Source: an uncultured Bacilli bacterium
GTDB lineage: Bacteria > Bacillota_I > Bacilli_A > RF39 > UBA660
Assembly (NCBI GenBank): GCA_944372195.1
Contig: CALVYK010000002.1
Coordinates: forward strand, 4,422 to 68,421
Reading direction: 5' to 3'
DNA: 64,000 bases
Part shown: piece after piece, positions 60,498-64,000 of the stretch
Layout: the number at the start of each line of letters is the position of its first letter
Position numbering within the stretch: position 1 is the stretch's first letter
Made by a program: the position numbers and the translations under genes
The notes under the pieces: model-generated
What the model was told of the DNA's origin: nothing
The model's database searches: none
Seen by the model: only the letters and a program-made list of their open reading frames with translations

Positions 60498-61565
60498 ATG
60501 AAAAAGTTGTTAATTTTATTATTATTAATACCAATAAATATTAAAGCTTATTCTAGTAGTGCTACTAGTACAGTTTTAATGGATATGGATAGTTTAAATG
60601 TTATTTATTCTAACAATATGCATGCCGTAAGAAGTGTTGCTTCAATATCTAAAATAATGACAGCTATAGTTGCCATTGAAAATAAAGATATAAATGATGT
60701 TGTAACAATCGGTGATGAAATAACTAAAGCTTATGGATCGGGTATATATATTAAACAGGGAGAAGAAATAACTTTAGAATCATTATTATATGGTTTAATG
60801 TTAAGAAGTGGTAATGACGCTGCTTTAGCTATAGCTAATTACGTCGGTGGAGATGTTGATAGTTTTGTAGAATTAATGAATAAAAAAGCTGTGGAAATCG
60901 GAATGAAAAATAGTAAATTTAACAATCCTCATGGTTTAGATGAGAATGGTGGTAACTTATCCACAGCATACGATATGGCATTACTAACTAGTTATGCTAT
61001 GAAAAATGAGACATATAGAAAAATAGTAAGTACAAAAAAGTATACTTTAAGAACTAATATGAATTATTATTCATGGATAAATAAAAATAAATTGTTACAT
61101 AGTCATGATTATATAACTGGGGGGAAAACTGGCTTTACTGATATTGCTAAAAGAACATTAGTTACAACTGCTTCTAAAGATAATGTTAATTTAGTAGTTG
61201 TTACTTTAAATGATGGTAATGACTTTGTAGATCATATTAATTTATTTGAAGAAGCATTTGATAATTATACTAATTATAATATCTTAAAAGAAGGTGAAAT
61301 CGAAATTATTGATGAAAAATATTATTTAGATACTTTATATATTAAAAATAATTTTAATTATACACTGAATAATAATGATAAAAATAACGTTTTATTAAAC
61401 TTCAAATTAGAAAAAAAGCAAAATTATTCTGATAATGATAAAGTAGGAGTAGTTGAAGTTTTGGTAAATAATAAAAAAGTTCATGAGGAGGATATATTTG
61501 TTACTAAAAAAGAAGAAAAGTCATTCTTTCAAAAAATAAAGGAGTGGTTTAGTAATTTATGGTAA
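60498..61565 (+). CDS. dacB: D-alanyl-D-alanine carboxypeptidase (S11; DacB/PBP5*-like, sporulation)
   Basis: SxxK (ASISKIM), SGN (RSGND) and KTG motifs. It is followed by spmA-spmB, as in B. subtilis. Confidence 0.88.
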   Translation: MKKLLILLLLIPINIKAYSSSATSTVLMDMDSLNVIYSNNMHAVRSVASISKIMTAIVAIENKDINDVVTIGDEITKAYGSGIYIKQGEEITLESLLYGLMLRSGNDAALAIANYVGGDVDSFVELMNKKAVEIGMKNSKFNNPHGLDENGGNLSTAYDMALLTSYAMKNETYRKIVSTKKYTLRTNMNYYSWINKNKLLHSHDYITGGKTGFTDIAKRTLVTTASKDNVNLVVVTLNDGNDFVDHINLFEEAFDNYTNYNILKEGEIEIIDEKYYLDTLYIKNNFNYTLNNNDKNNVLLNFKLEKKQNYSDNDKVGVVEVLVNNKKVHEEDIFVTKKEEKSFFQKIKEWFSNLW

Positions 61566-62137
61566 ATAAAATATGGGGGTATTTCATTATAATAGGTGTT
61601 TTATATTGTTTGTTAAATAATAATGTTGAAGTAATAAATGATGCTATATTAAATAGTACTAAAACATCTTTTGATATGATTATAAAAATATTTCCAGTTA
61701 TGGCGTTATGGTTAGGTATAGCTAAAATAGCTGAAGTATCAGGTTTATTAAAAAAATTATCAAATAAATTATCAGTTATTTTAAAATATATTTTCCCAGA
61801 AATACCAAAAAATCACGAATCATTAAGTTATATAAGTTCAAACATAATTGCTAATATGTTCGGATTAGGTAATGCTGCTACTCCTTTTGGTTTAAAGGCA
61901 ATGCAATCATTACAACAGTTAAATGAAAAAAAAGATACTGCAACTAGATCGATGATAACTTTTTTAGTATTAAATACTAGTGGAGTAACTATAATTCCCA
62001 CCACGATTATTTCGTTAAGAATGATGTATGGAAGTATTAATCCAACAGGTATTGTATTACCTTGTATTATAATAACTTTTTTAAGTACTTTATCAGGTTT
62101 AATAATCGATAGAATATTTGCGAGGTTTTATGTCTAA
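61559..62137 (+). CDS. spmA: Spore maturation protein A
   Basis: Nucleoside-recognition-domain membrane protein. The dacB-spmA-spmB synteny fits. Confidence 0.85.
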   Translation: MVNKIWGYFIIIGVLYCLLNNNVEVINDAILNSTKTSFDMIIKIFPVMALWLGIAKIAEVSGLLKKLSNKLSVILKYIFPEIPKNHESLSYISSNIIANMFGLGNAATPFGLKAMQSLQQLNEKKDTATRSMITFLVLNTSGVTIIPTTIISLRMMYGSINPTGIVLPCIIITFLSTLSGLIIDRIFARFYV

Positions 62138-62618
62138 TTATGTAATGCCATTAATAGTTTTATTTGTAATAATTTATGGTATTATTAAAAAAGTTGCAAT
62201 ATATGATACTTTTATTGAAGGCGCCAAAGAAAGCTTTGATTTAGTTTTTAAATTATTTCCTTGCCTACTAGCAATGATTTTATCAGTTAATATATTTATA
62301 AACAGTAATATAATTGAATTATTTAAATTTATATCATTTATACCTAATCAAATATTACCGATGATAATAATGCGTCCTATATCGGGAACTTCTTCTTTAG
62401 CTATTTTGACTAAAATTTATGAATTATTTGGACCTGATAGTATGTTAGGGACGTTAGCCTCTTATATTCAAGGTACAACGGATACAACGTTTTATATTTT
62501 AACTTTATATTTTGGTAGTGTTGGAATTAGAAAGATAAAATATGCTTTATGGGTTGGTTTGTTAGCTGATTTAATAAGTATAACGATAAGTATTTTATTT
62601 ATTAACTTTATTTCTTGA
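62118..62618 (+). CDS. spmB: Spore maturation protein B
   Basis: Membrane protein directly after spmA. Confidence 0.85.
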   Translation: MRGFMSNYVMPLIVLFVIIYGIIKKVAIYDTFIEGAKESFDLVFKLFPCLLAMILSVNIFINSNIIELFKFISFIPNQILPMIIMRPISGTSSLAILTKIYELFGPDSMLGTLASYIQGTTDTTFYILTLYFGSVGIRKIKYALWVGLLADLISITISILFINFIS

Positions 62619-62659
62619 TTTTATAACTTTTATAGGATATAATTTATTTGGTGATTTTG

Positions 62660-63370
62660 ATGGAAAGATTGCAAAAAGTTATATCTAATAGTGGATATTG
62701 TTCAAGAAGAAAAGCTGAAGAATTAATTATAAATGGTAAGGTAAAAGTAAATGGCAAATTAGTTTATGAATTAGGGACCAAAGTAAATGATAATGATGAG
62801 ATAATGGTTGATAATAAATTAATTACAAAAGAAAATAAAGAGTATATTTTGTTATATAAACCAAGAGGTGTTGTAACAACCACTAATGATGATAAAAACA
62901 GGAAAACAGTTTTAGATCTAATAGAAACTACTAAAAGAATTTATCCAATAGGTAGATTAGATTATGATACAACAGGAATATTATTATTAACTAATGATGG
63001 TGAATTAACTAATTTGTTAATTCATCCTAAAAATAATATAGATAAAGTTTATGTGGCTAAAATAAAAGGTGTTTTAACAGGCTTAGAAATTAAACAATTA
63101 GAGAGTGGTGTTTTAATAGATGATATTAAAACGGCTCCTTGTAAAGTAAAAGTACGAAAGAAAGATAAAGAACATTCTTTTGTTCAAATAACCATTCATG
63201 AAGGAAAAAATCATCAAGTAAAAAAAATGTTTCAAGCAGTTAATCATGAAGTTGTTAAATTAAAAAGAGAGAGAATTGCTTTTTTAGATTTAAAAGGATT
63301 AAAACCAGGCGAATATCGTTATTTAACATTGAAGGAAGTCAAAAAATTATATGCATTAAAAAACGCTTAA
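62660..63370 (+). CDS. rluB: 23S rRNA pseudouridine synthase RluB (S4 domain + RsuA family)
   Basis: MERLQKVISNSGYCSRRKAEELI and GRLDYDTTGILLLTNDG. Confidence 0.9.
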   Translation: MERLQKVISNSGYCSRRKAEELIINGKVKVNGKLVYELGTKVNDNDEIMVDNKLITKENKEYILLYKPRGVVTTTNDDKNRKTVLDLIETTKRIYPIGRLDYDTTGILLLTNDGELTNLLIHPKNNIDKVYVAKIKGVLTGLEIKQLESGVLIDDIKTAPCKVKVRKKDKEHSFVQITIHEGKNHQVKKMFQAVNHEVVKLKRERIAFLDLKGLKPGEYRYLTLKEVKKLYALKNA

Positions 63371-63373
63371 ATT

Positions 63374-63565
63374 TTAAGCGTTTTCAACATTTATAGCACT
63401 TGTAGGACAACCATCAGCGGCCATTTCTACATCTTCTTTAAATTCTTCTTTAACTTCACCAACTACGTGAGCAATACCGTCATCTCCAATTTTAAAAATA
63501 TCGCTACATGTTGCTTCGCATTGCCCACAACCAATGCAGTTTTCTTCATTTATAGTTACTTTCAT
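63374..63565 (-). CDS. Small 4Fe-4S ferredoxin
   Basis: CIGCGQCEATC...DGCP, and 63 aa long. Confidence 0.85.
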   Translation of the reverse strand: MKVTINEENCIGCGQCEATCSDIFKIGDDGIAHVVGEVKEEFKEDVEMAADGCPTSAINVENA

Positions 63566-63672
63566 TATATCCCTCCTTTACAATTATAAAAAAATAATTA
63601 AAAAAATTCAAGTATCTATTTAAATATTTTTTTAAATGTGTTATGATATTATTAGAAAGGTACGGTGAAGAT

Positions 63673-64000
63673 ATGCCAAGTAGAATGGAAAAATACTACG
63701 AAATGAAAAGTAGAACTGTTAAAAACAAAGAATTATACCGTACTATATATGATGAAGCTGAATACTCAAACGTTGAAGGAATTTCAGTGATTGAAAAAAA
63801 TGAAAAAATAGATATTGAAAAAATAAAAGAATTAATAAATGGAACTAATAATGTAAATAAGCCAAAAGAATACAAAAAAACAGAAATTAAACCTTTAGTA
63901 GAAGAAATAGAAGAACAGAAAAATTATGATATTAGAGATGTTTTGAATAAAGCAAAGAGTGAAAGAACTGATAAAGATAGCAGATATTCAAATATAAAAT
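63673..64000 (+). CDS. Hypothetical protein; the 5' part is present and it runs off the right edge of the window
   Basis: It starts at the ATG at 63673 (MPSRMEKYYEMKSRTVKNKELY...) and the frame stays open to the end of the window. Confidence 0.4.
   Translation, partial: MPSRMEKYYEMKSRTVKNKELYRTIYDEAEYSNVEGISVIEKNEKIDIEKIKELINGTNNVNKPKEYKKTEIKPLVEEIEEQKNYDIRDVLNKAKSERTDKDSRYSNIK

Overview
Very AT-rich chromosomal replication-origin region of an endospore-forming Firmicute (Bacillota); this call rests on gene content and synteny, and the species is not identified. The backbone is the classic Bacillus-type origin neighbourhood. On the minus strand: mnmE(partial), jag, yidC, rnpA, rpmH. Then a bipartite oriC with DnaA boxes on both sides of dnaA. 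On the plus strand: dnaA, dnaN, recF, gyrB, gyrA, SRP RNA, tadA, dnaX, ybaB, recR, bofA-like, holB, yaaT, rsmI, pth, mfd, spoVT, tatD, yabE-like, ksgA. Further right come housekeeping and sporulation genes: fba, murA, rpmE, rpiB, spoIID, spoIIQ-like, spoIIID, mreB, cotJB/cotJC, tRNA-His, a BclA-like collagen protein, clpB, dacB-spmA-spmB, rluB. Three things stand out. (1) An accessory island of about 7.7 kb sits between mfd and spoVT. It carries a complete diversity-generating retroelement (DGR): an 88-nt template repeat, a MutS-domain-I-like ORF, Avd and a reverse transcriptase. Its target is a type IV pilin-like protein with two separate variable regions. The DGR is split by a recombinase-in-trio (RIT) element with 91-bp inverted repeats, and it is followed by a type III (ToxIN-like) toxin/RNA-antitoxin module. 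Alternating purine-pyrimidine tracts, (CG)5 and (GT)9.5, lie at the two DGR promoters. (2) Directly after gyrA there is a tandem array of 13 parS-like sites (TGTTTCACGTGAAAC core) with 36-37 bp periodicity, organised like a plasmid centromere. (3) Smaller oddities: a ComK-family gene between dnaN and recF, a 352-codon WG-repeat reading frame with no start codon flanked by a duplicated promoter, and an Rpn-like gene interrupted by one in-frame TGA. All coordinates and mismatch counts were derived by hand from the sequence and should be recomputed.
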